NCBI GenBank assembly: GCA_964399985.1
Contig: CAYNRY010000001.1
Span: 1,054,027-1,118,026, forward strand
Length of the DNA stretch: 64,000 bases
DNA from: an uncultured Micavibrio sp.
Lineage (GTDB): Bacteria; Pseudomonadota; Alphaproteobacteria; Micavibrionales; Micavibrionaceae
Reading direction: 5' to 3'
Position numbers and translations under genes: made by a program. Below, in pieces: positions 10,005 through 19,941 of the stretch. Each line of letters opens with the position of its first letter. The first letter of the stretch is position 1. A model generated the notes under the pieces. The model ran no database searches. It saw nothing but the letters and a program-made list of their open reading frames with translations, and had not been told where the DNA came from.

Positions 10005-10952
10005 ATGGCTGCCATGGACTTCGAAAAACCGATATTGGAACTCGAAGGAAAAATTGCTGAATTGCGTCACATGACCAGCAGCAAGGATTTCAACATCGCG
10101 GAGGAACTGACCCGCCTTGAAACAAAGTCGGAGAAATTGCTGAAGACCACTTACAGCAAACTCACCCCTGCGCAAAAAGTACAGGTTGCGCGTAATGGCG
10201 ACCGTCCGCATTTTATCGACTATGTCGCAGCTTTAATCGAAGATTTTACACCGCTTGCCGGTGACCGCCAGTTTGCGGATGATCAAGCCTTGATTGGCGG
10301 TCTTGGCCGTTTCCGGGGGCGCTCCGTTGTCATCATGGGCCATGAAAAAGGTCACGACACAGAAACCCGCATCAAACATAATTTCGGTATGGCCAAACCC
10401 GAAGGTTACCGCAAGGCACAGCGCCTGATGGAAATGGCGTCTCAATTCCAATTACCTGTCGTAACCCTTGTTGATACGGCTGGCGCTTATCCGGGCGTCG
10501 AAGCCGAAGCACGCGGCCAGTCGGAAGCTATCGCCCAATCCATCGCGTCCTGCCTGCGCCTGCGTACACCTATGGTATCCGTCATTATCGGCGAAGGTGG
10601 TTCAGGCGGCGCGATTGCCATCGCGACAGCAGACCGCGTCTTTATGCTCGAGCATTCGATTTATTCTGTTATTTCGCCTGAAGGCTGCGCCTCTATCTTG
10701 TGGCGCTCCGCGGCCAATGCGGAAGAAGCCGCAACAGCGCTGAAGCTGACTGCTCAAGATCTAGTAGGCATGAAACTCGTGGACGGTATTATCGAGGAGC
10801 CGCTCGGCGGAGCGCATCGCGGTAAAGCTGCCACTATCGAAGCCGTCGGCAACCAGATCGAAAAGTCGCTCAATGAAATGTCACCTTGGGATCCTGAGCG
10901 CCTGATTAAGCGCCGTCAGCAAAAATATCTGGCGATGACGCGGGTTAATTAA
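10005..10952 (+). CDS. accA: Acetyl-CoA carboxylase carboxyltransferase subunit alpha
   Basis: 315 aa. LDFEKPILELEGKI-type N-terminus, motifs VTLVDTAGAYPG and IGEGGSGGA. Confidence 0.93.
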   Translation: MAAMDFEKPILELEGKIAELRHMTSSKDFNIAEELTRLETKSEKLLKTTYSKLTPAQKVQVARNGDRPHFIDYVAALIEDFTPLAGDRQFADDQALIGGLGRFRGRSVVIMGHEKGHDTETRIKHNFGMAKPEGYRKAQRLMEMASQFQLPVVTLVDTAGAYPGVEAEARGQSEAIAQSIASCLRLRTPMVSVIIGEGGSGGAIAIATADRVFMLEHSIYSVISPEGCASILWRSAANAEEAATALKLTAQDLVGMKLVDGIIEEPLGGAHRGKAATIEAVGNQIEKSLNEMSPWDPERLIKRRQQKYLAMTRVN

Positions 10953-11396
10953 TCAATAAACCCATTTATAATCGGATTGAGGCATATCGGATAGTCCCCT
11001 ATCCGGTGAAGGGTGCAGCGTTTTCAGATCAACCGTAATCCGAGCTCGTGCCTTCATATTCTCGAAATTGCCATGGCCTGCTTTGCTATGTCCTTCTTGC
11101 GTCGAAGCCGCGCGATAATACAGCATCAGGAAAACGCGGATTGCCGCAGTTAATGACGTTAGCGGATTCTTGCGAATATTGATCAGAGAGCAAATATCAT
11201 GGATTGAGCAATGTTCACGGCGTGAGATGTCTTTTAACGCATTCCACATTTCGGGTTCCAGCCGGACCGATGTCCGCCGTCCCAATATAGTGATGTTTTT
11301 ACTGACGAGCGTACTCTTCGGCGCGTCGTCATGTTCTTCGGATTTATAAGTATGATTATCAATTGAATGATAATTCATCGTTTGATTGAAGTTCAT
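10953..11396 (-). CDS. Ribbon-helix-helix (RHH_4-like) domain protein
   Basis: 147 aa. RRTSVRLEPEMWNALKDISRREHCSIHDICSLI...AIRVFLMLYY matches the alphaproteobacterial RHH family that is often misannotated as aryl-sulfate sulfotransferase. Confidence 0.6.
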   Translation of the reverse strand: MNFNQTMNYHSIDNHTYKSEEHDDAPKSTLVSKNITILGRRTSVRLEPEMWNALKDISRREHCSIHDICSLINIRKNPLTSLTAAIRVFLMLYYRAASTQEGHSKAGHGNFENMKARARITVDLKTLHPSPDRGLSDMPQSDYKWVY

Positions 11397-11514
11397 TTTA
11401 TCCTCCCATAAGACTATGTCCTAAGAGACTATATACCTAAAATTTCAACGATTACAACCTGTGCGGCAAGAATTATTATAAAATACACTCTGCAAGTGTA
11501 CTTAAATTCCATAT

Positions 11515-11787
11515 TTAGGCGGCATTTGCCTTTATTTGTAAAGCATGGACAGGCGGGATGAAGCCTTCCAAGACAGTATAAACCATCCGGTGTTTCTCTA
11601 CATGGGTTTTACCGGCAAACAACTTTGAAACAATATGGATCTTAAAATGGCTCTCGCCTTTGCCATTATGCCCGGCATGACCGATATGCTTGTGAGAATC
11701 GTCAATTACCTCAAGAACTTCTGGCGAGAAGCTTTCGGTTAATTTATTTATCATTTGCTCACGGATAGTCTGGAATTCTTCGGTCAT
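11515..11787 (-). CDS. bolA: BolA family protein
   Basis: 90 aa. DDSHKHIGHAGH...ESHFKIHIVS..F.GKTHVEKHRMVY...HALQIKA. Confidence 0.85.
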   Translation of the reverse strand: MTEEFQTIREQMINKLTESFSPEVLEVIDDSHKHIGHAGHNGKGESHFKIHIVSKLFAGKTHVEKHRMVYTVLEGFIPPVHALQIKANAA

Positions 11788-11808
11788 AATCCTTTATTAT
11801 AGAAGTTA

Positions 11809-12432
11809 ATGCCTAAAATACACCTGAAACCGAACTCTCCTGAATTTGCTGATAAGGCGGAAAAGCCCGAAGGGAATAATTCACCCAAATCCCGAGCCTG
11901 CGAAATGCCAGGCTGCGCGGAGCATGGAGAGCACCGGGCTCCCAAAAACCGTGAACTTTCGGATTATTACTGGTTCTGTAAGGATCATGTGCAGGAGTAC
12001 AATAAGGCCTGGAATTTCTTCGAGGGCATGAGTATCGCCGATATGGAAGAACATATCGCCCGTGCGACCGTTTGGGACCGCCCTACCCGCCGCTCTGACG
12101 CCGCCGGGAACGCGGAAGCCATCAAACGCAAGGCGTGGCAGACCTACCACTTTACCGATGACGAGCCGCCCAAAGACTACACGCAAGACCGCAGCCGTTA
12201 TGCCGGAAACCGCCAGACGCCGGAATTCGAAGCCTTGGCTATTATGGGGCTGGAGCCACCGGTTGATCTGGACAAGATTAAATCCCGGTATAAGGCTCTG
12301 GCGAAAAAACATCACCCTGATCTGAACAGGGACGATCCCAATGCCGAAGAACTTCTCAAAAAAATCAATATGGCCTATACAGTATTAAAGCTCGCCTACC
12401 AGAAATTCGGCGATATGACGCAGCCCGCATAA
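11809..12432 (+). CDS. J domain-containing protein (C-terminal DnaJ domain, N-terminal Cys/His cluster)
   Basis: 207 aa. C-terminal IKSRYKALAKKHHPDLNRDDPNAEELLKKINMAYTVL (HPD motif). N-terminal CEMPGCAEHGEH...FCKDH. Confidence 0.8.
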   Translation: MPKIHLKPNSPEFADKAEKPEGNNSPKSRACEMPGCAEHGEHRAPKNRELSDYYWFCKDHVQEYNKAWNFFEGMSIADMEEHIARATVWDRPTRRSDAAGNAEAIKRKAWQTYHFTDDEPPKDYTQDRSRYAGNRQTPEFEALAIMGLEPPVDLDKIKSRYKALAKKHHPDLNRDDPNAEELLKKINMAYTVLKLAYQKFGDMTQPA

Positions 12433-12442
12433 GGAAAATTAA

Positions 12443-13456
12443 GTGGCAGAATTAAAACAAGAACCTATGACGTTATCGTTTGATGTGACACAACTCGTTC
12501 CGAACGCCCCACGTTATAATTCCATCCCCGACAAGATGTTCAATGTAAAAGAAACATTCGGGTTGGAGATCGATTGGGAAGTCCCGGGCTTTGCGCATGA
12601 AATGCCGAACGTTCCGGCGATAGACCCTGCTTATCAGTTCGATCACGATACGACACTCGCGATCCTATCCGGCTTTCGCTTCAATCGCCGCGTGATGGTT
12701 CAGGGTTTCCACGGCACAGGTAAATCTACCCATATCGAACAAGTTGCCGCTCGCCTGAACTGGCCGTGCGTTCGTATCAATCTGGATTCTCACGTCTCCC
12801 GTATCGACCTGATCGGTAAAGACATGATCGTCTTGCGCGAAGGCAAACAAATCACTGAATACAAAGAGGGTTTGCTACCTTGGGCTTTGCAAAATCCTGT
12901 TGCTCTTGTTTTTGACGAATACGATGCCGGACGTCCGGATGTGATGTTCGTGATTCAGCGTGTTCTCGAAGCCGAAGGTCGATTGACGCTCCTGGACCAG
13001 AATGTGGTTATTCGCCCTCATCCAGCTTTCCGATTATTTGCGACCGCCAATACGGTCGGCCTTGGCGATACGACAGGGCTTTACCACGGAACCCAACAGC
13101 TTAATCAAGGCCAGATGGACCGCTGGAACATCGTCACTATTCTCAATTATCTGCCGCATGCAGACGAAGTCAAGATCGTGGCGGCCAAAGTTCCGGCGAT
13201 GGAGAATGACGCAGGCCTTAAAGATATTGATGGCATGGTTCGTATGGCAGCCCTCACCCGTGAAGGTTTCAAAAACGGCGATCTATCGACATTGATGTCG
13301 CCGCGCACCGTTATCGCATGGGCCGATAATTTCATGATCTTCCATGACAGAGAACTCGCCTTCAAACTCAGCTTCATGAATAAATGCGACGAGATGGAAC
13401 ACTCCATTCTGGCAGAATATTATCAGCGTTGTTTTGGCGTTGAATTACTGAAGTGA
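12443..13456 (+). CDS. cobS: CobS-like MoxR-type AAA+ ATPase (annotated cobaltochelatase subunit CobS in databases)
   Basis: 337 aa, GTG start with AAGGA upstream. Walker [16 protein letters not shown], Walker B LVFDEYD. Confidence 0.85.
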   Translation: MAELKQEPMTLSFDVTQLVPNAPRYNSIPDKMFNVKETFGLEIDWEVPGFAHEMPNVPAIDPAYQFDHDTTLAILSGFRFNRRVMVQGFHGTGKSTHIEQVAARLNWPCVRINLDSHVSRIDLIGKDMIVLREGKQITEYKEGLLPWALQNPVALVFDEYDAGRPDVMFVIQRVLEAEGRLTLLDQNVVIRPHPAFRLFATANTVGLGDTTGLYHGTQQLNQGQMDRWNIVTILNYLPHADEVKIVAAKVPAMENDAGLKDIDGMVRMAALTREGFKNGDLSTLMSPRTVIAWADNFMIFHDRELAFKLSFMNKCDEMEHSILAEYYQRCFGVELLK

Positions 13457-15321
13457 CCAGCGGACCGCAAGACAAACTCGAACGCTTTAAGGACGTCACC
13501 GCCGCCGCGCTCCGTGCCGTTGCCGGAAAGCCGCAGGTCGAGATTGCCTTTAGTGCGGTTGAAAGCGGTGATCGCCGCCTTGCCTTGACGCAGCCAGACA
13601 AGGTTCGCCTGCCCGTTCCCGATATCAAATTATCCGATACCGACAAAGCGATTATGCGCGGGGCCGCCGATGCCGAAGCATTGCGCATTCGTTATCACAA
13701 TGCGAAGCTTCATGCCAAAACGGCACCGAGCAATGACCGCGCCCGTGCCGTGTACGATGCGCTGGAACAGGCGCGAGTCGAAGCACTTGGCGCGATAGAA
13801 ATGAAAGGCGTCGAGCAAAACCTCAATGCCGTTTTAGAGAACAAAGCCAATCGCCTTGGCTATCATAACCAGACAGACCGCCATAACGATACCCTCCCCG
13901 ATGCGCTTCACGCTATTGTTCGCTCCGATTTAACAGGCGAAAAACTTCCCGCTGCCGCACAAAATCTGGCCGATCTGTGGCGACCATGGATTACCGAGAA
14001 ACTCGGTCTTGATAATTTCTCTGAGCTAAAATCAAAACTTGGTAGCCAAAAAGAGTTTTCTTCCTCCGTTAAAACGCTTTTGAAAAAACTTGAAATGGAC
14101 GCAAGCGATCCCTCCGTTTCACCGGATGAAGAACAGGAAAACGAGCAGAATCAGCAGGAACAGAAGCCGCAAGAGAAGCCTGATGAAAAGGATCCTCAAT
14201 CCGAAGAAAAAGAAGACGATAAATCTTCCGGCGGCGATATGGCGGAGGAAGATTTCGAGGAGGAGCAATCGGATTCCAGTGAAAACGGCGAGGTTGAAGA
14301 CCAGTCAATCCGCATGGATGATGACGAGGACAGCGATCAGGCTTCCGAAACCAGAGCGCAGCGTCCTGATTTTTCTGCCGGCCCCGGAACGACCTATGCA
14401 ATCTATACAACTCAATATGATGAAATCGTCAAAGCCGAAGACCTCGCCGATGATGAAGAGCTGATACGCCTGCGCGGTATTCTCGATAAACAACTTGTTC
14501 ATTTGCAAGCCGTCGTTGCAAAACTTGCCAATCGCCTGCAGAGAAAACTTCTCGCAAAGCAGCAGCGAAGCTGGCAATTCGATCTGGAAGAAGGTTATCT
14601 CGACAGCGCCCGCCTTGCCCGTATCGTTGCCAATCCAACAATTCCACTTTCCTTCAAACAGGAAAAGCAAACAGAGTTTAAAGACACGATTGTCACGATC
14701 CTGCTTGATAATTCCGGCTCTATGCGCGGACGTCCTATTACGATCGCAGCCATGTGTGCAGATATTCTCGCCCGCACTTTAGAACGCTGCGGCCTGAAAG
14801 TCGAAATTCTCGGTTTCACCACCCGCGCATGGAAAGGCGGCAAGGCTCGCGATTTATGGATTCAAAACGGCCGCTCGAATACGCCGGGCCGCCTGAACGA
14901 TCTGCGCCACATCATTTATAAAAGTGCAGATACGCCTTACCGCCGCGCCCGTAAAAATCTCGGCTTGATGTTGAAAGAAGGATTACTCAAAGAGAATATC
15001 GACGGCGAAGCACTCGCCTGGGCATATAATCGCCTTGCCCCGCGCCCCGAAGAACGCAAAATTTTACTGGTTATTTCCGACGGCGCGCCAGTTGACGATT
15101 CAACACTGTCTATCAATCCATCGAACATCTTAGAAAAAGATCTGCGCCATGTCATTGACTGGGTTGAACTGGTAGATAAAGTCGATCTGACCGCCATTGG
15201 TATTGGCCATGATGTAACACGCTACTACAAGAAAGCGATGACAATCGTCGATGCCGACGAACTTGCCAGCGCGCTGGTCGAACGGCTAGAAGGCTTGTTC
15301 GAACTCGACAAGCGCCGCTAA
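13453..15321 (+). CDS. cobT: CobT-like protein with an acidic linker and a C-terminal von Willebrand A domain
   Basis: 622 aa, GTGA overlap with cobS. Acidic low-complexity core ([31 protein letters not shown]...). vWA MIDAS-like motif [10 protein letters not shown]. Confidence 0.85.
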   Translation: MTSGPQDKLERFKDVTAAALRAVAGKPQVEIAFSAVESGDRRLALTQPDKVRLPVPDIKLSDTDKAIMRGAADAEALRIRYHNAKLHAKTAPSNDRARAVYDALEQARVEALGAIEMKGVEQNLNAVLENKANRLGYHNQTDRHNDTLPDALHAIVRSDLTGEKLPAAAQNLADLWRPWITEKLGLDNFSELKSKLGSQKEFSSSVKTLLKKLEMDASDPSVSPDEEQENEQNQQEQKPQEKPDEKDPQSEEKEDDKSSGGDMAEEDFEEEQSDSSENGEVEDQSIRMDDDEDSDQASETRAQRPDFSAGPGTTYAIYTTQYDEIVKAEDLADDEELIRLRGILDKQLVHLQAVVAKLANRLQRKLLAKQQRSWQFDLEEGYLDSARLARIVANPTIPLSFKQEKQTEFKDTIVTILLDNSGSMRGRPITIAAMCADILARTLERCGLKVEILGFTTRAWKGGKARDLWIQNGRSNTPGRLNDLRHIIYKSADTPYRRARKNLGLMLKEGLLKENIDGEALAWAYNRLAPRPEERKILLVISDGAPVDDSTLSINPSNILEKDLRHVIDWVELVDKVDLTAIGIGHDVTRYYKKAMTIVDADELASALVERLEGLFELDKRR

Positions 15322-17273
15322 AAACCTTTTCTAAAATATTCGGTAAACATATCTTTCAGATAGACAGCACCGTAATTCGACAAATGCCCTTCGTTAAAAT
15401 AAAGGCTTTTGCCATTTGCCTCAAAATAACATTTACGCTCATCACACATCTTTGATTTCGGATCCATGAAAATAATATCGCTGCCTTTGTTGCCGTCAAT
15501 GAAGGCTCCAAACCGTTCATGCCGAACCCTTAGATAAGCTTCTTTATCGAGAGACGTCTTGTTCATGTCCTTGATATGATATTGAGCATTGATAGCGAAT
15601 TGTCGTGGCGGATTAAACGGCGCAAAAGGAACATCGAATAATATATAAACCTTAACACCCATTTTCTGCAATTCATCAACGGTGCGCTGCGTCGCAGCCA
15701 TCGCCATATCGTCATAGCGCTCTTTATATGCCGGATACCAGCTTTGATCACGGAACAAGGATATCGGATTTCGCATGCGGTCTGTCCAGTTGGCAGCAAG
15801 GAACACATGTTTGATTTTATTTTCTTTGATTAAATTGAAAACACGATCATTGAAGCCAACACAGTCGAAGCCAAGATCGGCATTTTGTTCATACTTTAAA
15901 ATCGGCGGGCAACCATGGGCAGTTACAACATAGCCGTTTGATTTATATTCTTTTGAAAGCTCATAAAAAGCCGGAGCTATGGCATCGGCAAAACTATCCC
16001 CCCATAAAACAAATCGAGGAGCAATATCCTGCCCGGCATTGGACTGGCATATCTCACCTTTTTCGAAACGATCGAATTTTGGTTTGTTACAGCTCTCGCG
16101 ATAAGGATTTATATCGTCTACTCCCTCGGCATAAGCCACAACTTCTGGAGGTAAGCGCTGCGGTACGCCTTGAGTGAGATAAATCGCAAGTCCTGCGCCT
16201 GCCATAAGCAAAAGCGAAGCAACAGCAGCCAGATAAATATTTTTTGTCGTTGCAAAAACCTGTTTCTTACGAAACGGCGCTTCGATAAATTCCCATGATA
16301 AAACAGCCAGAACGAATGAGGCCGACAGGCAGGCAAGAGCGACAGGCAGAGTAAACTCAATCAAGCCGCTATAGCGCGTAAAGGCTAAAATCGGCCAGTG
16401 CCATAGATAGAGTGAATAAGAAACTAGCCCGATAAATACAGGAATACGCATCGAAAGTATCTTGCCAACAATATTCAACCTATTCGTATTCGACGCGATA
16501 ATCGCCGCCGCACCGAAGCAAGGCAGTAAAGCGGTTACGCCAGGGAAAAGCGTTTTATCGTCATACAGAAAAACACCAATCGTAATACTGGCAACGCCCA
16601 GCCAGCCGAGAATTTCCTTTTTAATGCCGTTTATATTAAAGGGTCTTAAAACTAGCAAAGAGCCGATCAATAACTCCCAAGCCCGAAACGGGAGGAGATA
16701 AAAAGCCGAGGATGGAGAATTACGGACGATAAAAGCCGCTGCAATAAAGGATAGAATAGAAAAAATGACAAAATACTTGAATACCTTATCACGGCGATAT
16801 TTCCAGACGGCAAAAATGGCGATCGGAAAGAAAAGATAGAACTGCTCTTCTACGGCCAGCGACCATGTATGAAGAAGCGGCTTGATGATATTCGTTGTAT
16901 CGAAATATCCAGCCTGCGTCTTAAATAGAATATTCGAAGCAAAGATGGATTGTGCCGCGGACTGTTCTCCCAGCAGGCGGTAATCGCTCGGCAGGTATAA
17001 AAACCATCCAGCGGCCAGCGTGGAAACGACAACCACGAAGAGCGGCGGCAGGATACGGCGAATACGCCGCTCCCAGAAATTGATAAAACTGAAGCTTCCT
17101 GCCTCAAGGTCTTTCTTGATTAGTGATGTAATCAAAAAACCGGAAATCACGAAAAATATATCGACCCCGACATAGCCGCCGCTGAAAAGCGTGAAATTGG
17201 CATGGCAAAGCAGAACGGATAAAACGGCAACGGCTCTCAGACCGTCAATTTCGGGGCGATAGGCAATGGACAT
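15318..17273 (-). CDS. Acyltransferase-3 family O-acyltransferase with a C-terminal SGNH domain (OafA/YrhL-like)
   Basis: 651 aa. [17 protein letters not shown]-terminus, about 10 TM helices, soluble C-terminal domain (LWGDSFADA). Its stop overlaps the convergent cobT stop. Noticeably AT-richer than neighbours by hand counts. Confidence 0.85.
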   Translation of the reverse strand: MSIAYRPEIDGLRAVAVLSVLLCHANFTLFSGGYVGVDIFFVISGFLITSLIKKDLEAGSFSFINFWERRIRRILPPLFVVVVSTLAAGWFLYLPSDYRLLGEQSAAQSIFASNILFKTQAGYFDTTNIIKPLLHTWSLAVEEQFYLFFPIAIFAVWKYRRDKVFKYFVIFSILSFIAAAFIVRNSPSSAFYLLPFRAWELLIGSLLVLRPFNINGIKKEILGWLGVASITIGVFLYDDKTLFPGVTALLPCFGAAAIIASNTNRLNIVGKILSMRIPVFIGLVSYSLYLWHWPILAFTRYSGLIEFTLPVALACLSASFVLAVLSWEFIEAPFRKKQVFATTKNIYLAAVASLLLMAGAGLAIYLTQGVPQRLPPEVVAYAEGVDDINPYRESCNKPKFDRFEKGEICQSNAGQDIAPRFVLWGDSFADAIAPAFYELSKEYKSNGYVVTAHGCPPILKYEQNADLGFDCVGFNDRVFNLIKENKIKHVFLAANWTDRMRNPISLFRDQSWYPAYKERYDDMAMAATQRTVDELQKMGVKVYILFDVPFAPFNPPRQFAINAQYHIKDMNKTSLDKEAYLRVRHERFGAFIDGNKGSDIIFMDPKSKMCDERKCYFEANGKSLYFNEGHLSNYGAVYLKDMFTEYFRKGF

Positions 17274-17303
17274 GATGTCTTTATAAATACACCAAAGCTT
17301 TCT

Positions 17304-17377
17304 GTCATCCCTGCGAAAGCAGGGATCCCCCTTCTTATACCAAGAAAAAGACAGATTCCTGCTTTCGCAGGAATGAC
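17304..17377. repeat. Double-hairpin palindromic (MITE-like) element, full copy
   Basis: GTCATCCCTGCGAAAGCAGGGATCC-N24-GATTCCTGCTTTCGCAGGAATGAC, in the divergent acyltransferase/hisS intergenic region. Confidence 0.8.
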
Positions 17378-17397
17378 AATTCAGATAGAAAACTACT

Positions 17398-18768
17398 ATG
17401 AACGACAGAAAAATTTATAAACCAAAGCCTGTTAGCGGCTTTCCCGAATGGCTCCCCGAAGAACGTATTGTCGAACAACGCTGGTTCGATTCCATACGCC
17501 GCGTGTTTGAGAGCTATGGCTATTGCTCTATCGAAACGCCGAGCGTTGAGGAGATCGACGTCCTGACTGCCAAGGGCGAAGTCGATAAAGAAATCTATGT
17601 CATCGAGCGCCTGCATAAGGATGAGAAAGACAAGAACGAAGCCCGGCTTGCCTTGCACTTCGACCAGACTGTTCCCCTTGCTCGCTACGTTGCCCAGAGA
17701 TTTAACGACCTCGTCTTCCCGTTCAAACGCTACCAGATGCAGCGCGTCTGGCGCGGCGAGCGTCCGCAAATGGGCCGCATGCGCGAATTCTATCAATGCG
17801 ATATTGACGTTATCAATGTCGATAATCTCCCTATCTCTTTCGATGCCGAAGTCGCGGCTGTTTGTTATGAAGCCATTGAAAGCCTTGATATCGGGCGTGT
17901 TCAGTTGCGGATTAGTAACAGGAAGATAGTTACTGGCATGATTGATGAATTAGGCGTCTTTTCAGAAGAAGGAAAAGCTAGCTTACTTAGAATCATTGAT
18001 AAACGTGAAAAAATTTCAAACGACGAATTTGAAATTTTAATTTTTAAAGCAATTCAAAACTCCGGTGCAAAAGCACCACAAGCTTCCTTTGACGTTTTCA
18101 AGATGTTTTTTAAAGCGGCAGACAGTTTAAAAAAGGAAAATATCAAAGGTCAATTACAAGCTCTAAGGCAAAACCTTAAAACTGTTAATGATAATGCGAC
18201 ATTTCACGCAGGCCTTGATGAGTTAGCTTTTGTAATTGAAAACCTTTCTCATCTACCACAAGGCTCCGTCGTCGCCGATCTCTCTATCGTCCGTGGCCTT
18301 GATTATTATACCGGCACTGTCTACGAAACACAGCTTCTCGACGTGCCTGAATTTACGGGCTCCGTCTGCTCCGGTGGACGTTATGACGATCTGGCTTCTG
18401 GCTATATAAACAAGCATCTTCCGGGCGTCGGGATTTCCATTGGCTTTTCGCGTTTGTTCGACGTGATGCGCCAGACGCATAAGGAAAAGCTCGGTATCGG
18501 ACCGAAATCTCCGGCGGACATCATGATGGTTATTCCATCCGAAGCCGAACAGCCCCACGCCGCCGAAACAGCGCGCAGTTTACGCAAACGCGGCTATAAA
18601 GTTGAACTGTATCACGCCGCTCGCAAACTTGACGACCAATTGAAATATGCCATTAAAAAGCAAATTCCTTTTGTGTGGATGCCTTTTGCTGATGGCCATC
18701 AGGTTAAAAATCTTGCAACCCGCGAACAAACGCCGGCTGATGCCGCGACATGGAAAAAACCGGAATGA
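17398..18768 (+). CDS. hisS: Histidine--tRNA ligase
   Basis: 456 aa. Class II motifs (RYQMQRVWRGERPQMGRMREFYQCD; RGLDYYTGTVYE; GGRYD) and a C-terminal anticodon-binding domain. Confidence 0.9.
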   Translation: MNDRKIYKPKPVSGFPEWLPEERIVEQRWFDSIRRVFESYGYCSIETPSVEEIDVLTAKGEVDKEIYVIERLHKDEKDKNEARLALHFDQTVPLARYVAQRFNDLVFPFKRYQMQRVWRGERPQMGRMREFYQCDIDVINVDNLPISFDAEVAAVCYEAIESLDIGRVQLRISNRKIVTGMIDELGVFSEEGKASLLRIIDKREKISNDEFEILIFKAIQNSGAKAPQASFDVFKMFFKAADSLKKENIKGQLQALRQNLKTVNDNATFHAGLDELAFVIENLSHLPQGSVVADLSIVRGLDYYTGTVYETQLLDVPEFTGSVCSGGRYDDLASGYINKHLPGVGISIGFSRLFDVMRQTHKEKLGIGPKSPADIMMVIPSEAEQPHAAETARSLRKRGYKVELYHAARKLDDQLKYAIKKQIPFVWMPFADGHQVKNLATREQTPADAATWKKPE

Positions 18769-19355
18769 ACCCTTTTACGTCATACCGGCGAAAGCCGGTA
18801 TCCAGAAAAAGCAACTGGATTCCCGCCTTCGCGGGAATGACAGCATTGTTATTACTTTCAGTTCCTGCCCTCGCCGCTCCCTATACCTATAGCTCACCCG
18901 ATTGCGACTTCACCGTCACCTTCCCTGAGAAGCCTTTCATCGAGAGAAAATGCTCTCCCTCCGCTCCTGATAAATGTGAAGAAATCGCAACGTATACGCA
19001 GAGCATCGATCAGTCGGGTATCAATTTTCGTCTGTCCTGCAATAAAGCCGACCCTAAAGATCTAAGCATCCTGACGCCTGACGACCTGAAAAAACGTCTC
19101 GGGGCATTGGTCAAGGAAGAAAATTTGATGCCCTATGCCAATGACGCGGCTGTGGTAAAAAACGGCATGAAAACATCTATCGCCCTCGCCACCGGTCGCC
19201 GCGGCGAACAGGATGTCATTTACACAGGACAAATGTGGGTCGGCAAGCAATCCATTCTCACCCTTGAAGGCGAAATGACCGGGCCGGAGAACAAAGAGTT
19301 TAATGATGCTTATTCGGAAATTTTACGCGCTGTTCAGGTCAAGAAAACGCCCTGA
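18750..19355 (+). CDS. Secreted hypothetical protein (alternative start ATG 18837 inside the repeat terminus)
   Basis: The signal-peptide-like MTALLLLSVPALAAPY begins at the ATG of the element terminus GGAATGAC. The longer ORF from 18750 would translate the whole repeat (..RRKPVSRKSNWIPAFAGMT..). Confidence 0.6.
   Translation: MEKTGMNPFTSYRRKPVSRKSNWIPAFAGMTALLLLSVPALAAPYTYSSPDCDFTVTFPEKPFIERKCSPSAPDKCEEIATYTQSIDQSGINFRLSCNKADPKDLSILTPDDLKKRLGALVKEENLMPYANDAAVVKNGMKTSIALATGRRGEQDVIYTGQMWVGKQSILTLEGEMTGPENKEFNDAYSEILRAVQVKKTP
18779..18841. repeat. Double-hairpin palindromic (MITE-like) element, full copy with a short spacer
   Basis: GTCATACCGGCGAAAGCCGGTATCC-N13-GGATTCCCGCCTTCGCGGGAATGAC, 11 nt after the hisS stop. 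Confidence 0.8.
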
Positions 19356-19743
19356 TCTTTTCGACCATCGAGAAAAATCCGTTGCGGCGGTTGGGACTTA
19401 AATTCTGCTCGAGCCCCAGTTCACTGAAAATACCCTCGACATCGATTGATTTGATCTCCTCGACGGTCTTGCCCTGATAAATCGACATCAAAATCCCGAT
19501 CAGACCTTTGACGATCTGAGCATTGCTGTCGGCTTGAAAATGAAACGCCCCGTCTCGAATTTCAGGCACCATCCAGACTTTGGACGTACAGCCTTTTACT
19601 TCGGTTTCCGGCGTTTTGAGCGCCTCCGGCATATCCGGTACGGTTTTCCCTAAATCCAGAACATATTGAAAGCGGCCCTCCCAATCGTCCAGCAAGGCGA
19701 AAGTCTCGATAATCTGGTCCAATGGTTGCAATGCGGAAGTCAT
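19339..19743 (-). CDS. sufE: SufE-like cysteine desulfuration protein
   Basis: 134 aa. VKGCTSKVWMV active-site Cys context and FHFQADSNAQIVKGL. Confidence 0.85.
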   Translation of the reverse strand: MTSALQPLDQIIETFALLDDWEGRFQYVLDLGKTVPDMPEALKTPETEVKGCTSKVWMVPEIRDGAFHFQADSNAQIVKGLIGILMSIYQGKTVEEIKSIDVEGIFSELGLEQNLSPNRRNGFFSMVEKIRAFS

Positions 19744-19941
19744 GAAAGCTCTTTAGATATCATATATGCTCGGTTGCTTATCTAATATACAAGTTCTATA
19801 TTCATTGATAGCGTAATCCCTTTCATCTTTCCTTAAAGATTGATGAATAAGGTAGGTAAAAGAAGGGCTTGCGCGAGTCATCATCACTTGGCAAAGTGGT
19901 AATAATTATGAAGCACTTTAGGATTATAAGAAAGTTAGAGT

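Noticed and set aside
12443-15321. Calling cobS/cobT evidence for cobalamin biosynthesis
   Set aside because: No cobN or other cob/cbi gene is in the window. The pair is a generic MoxR AAA+/vWA module, so the pathway inference is not supported by what is visible.
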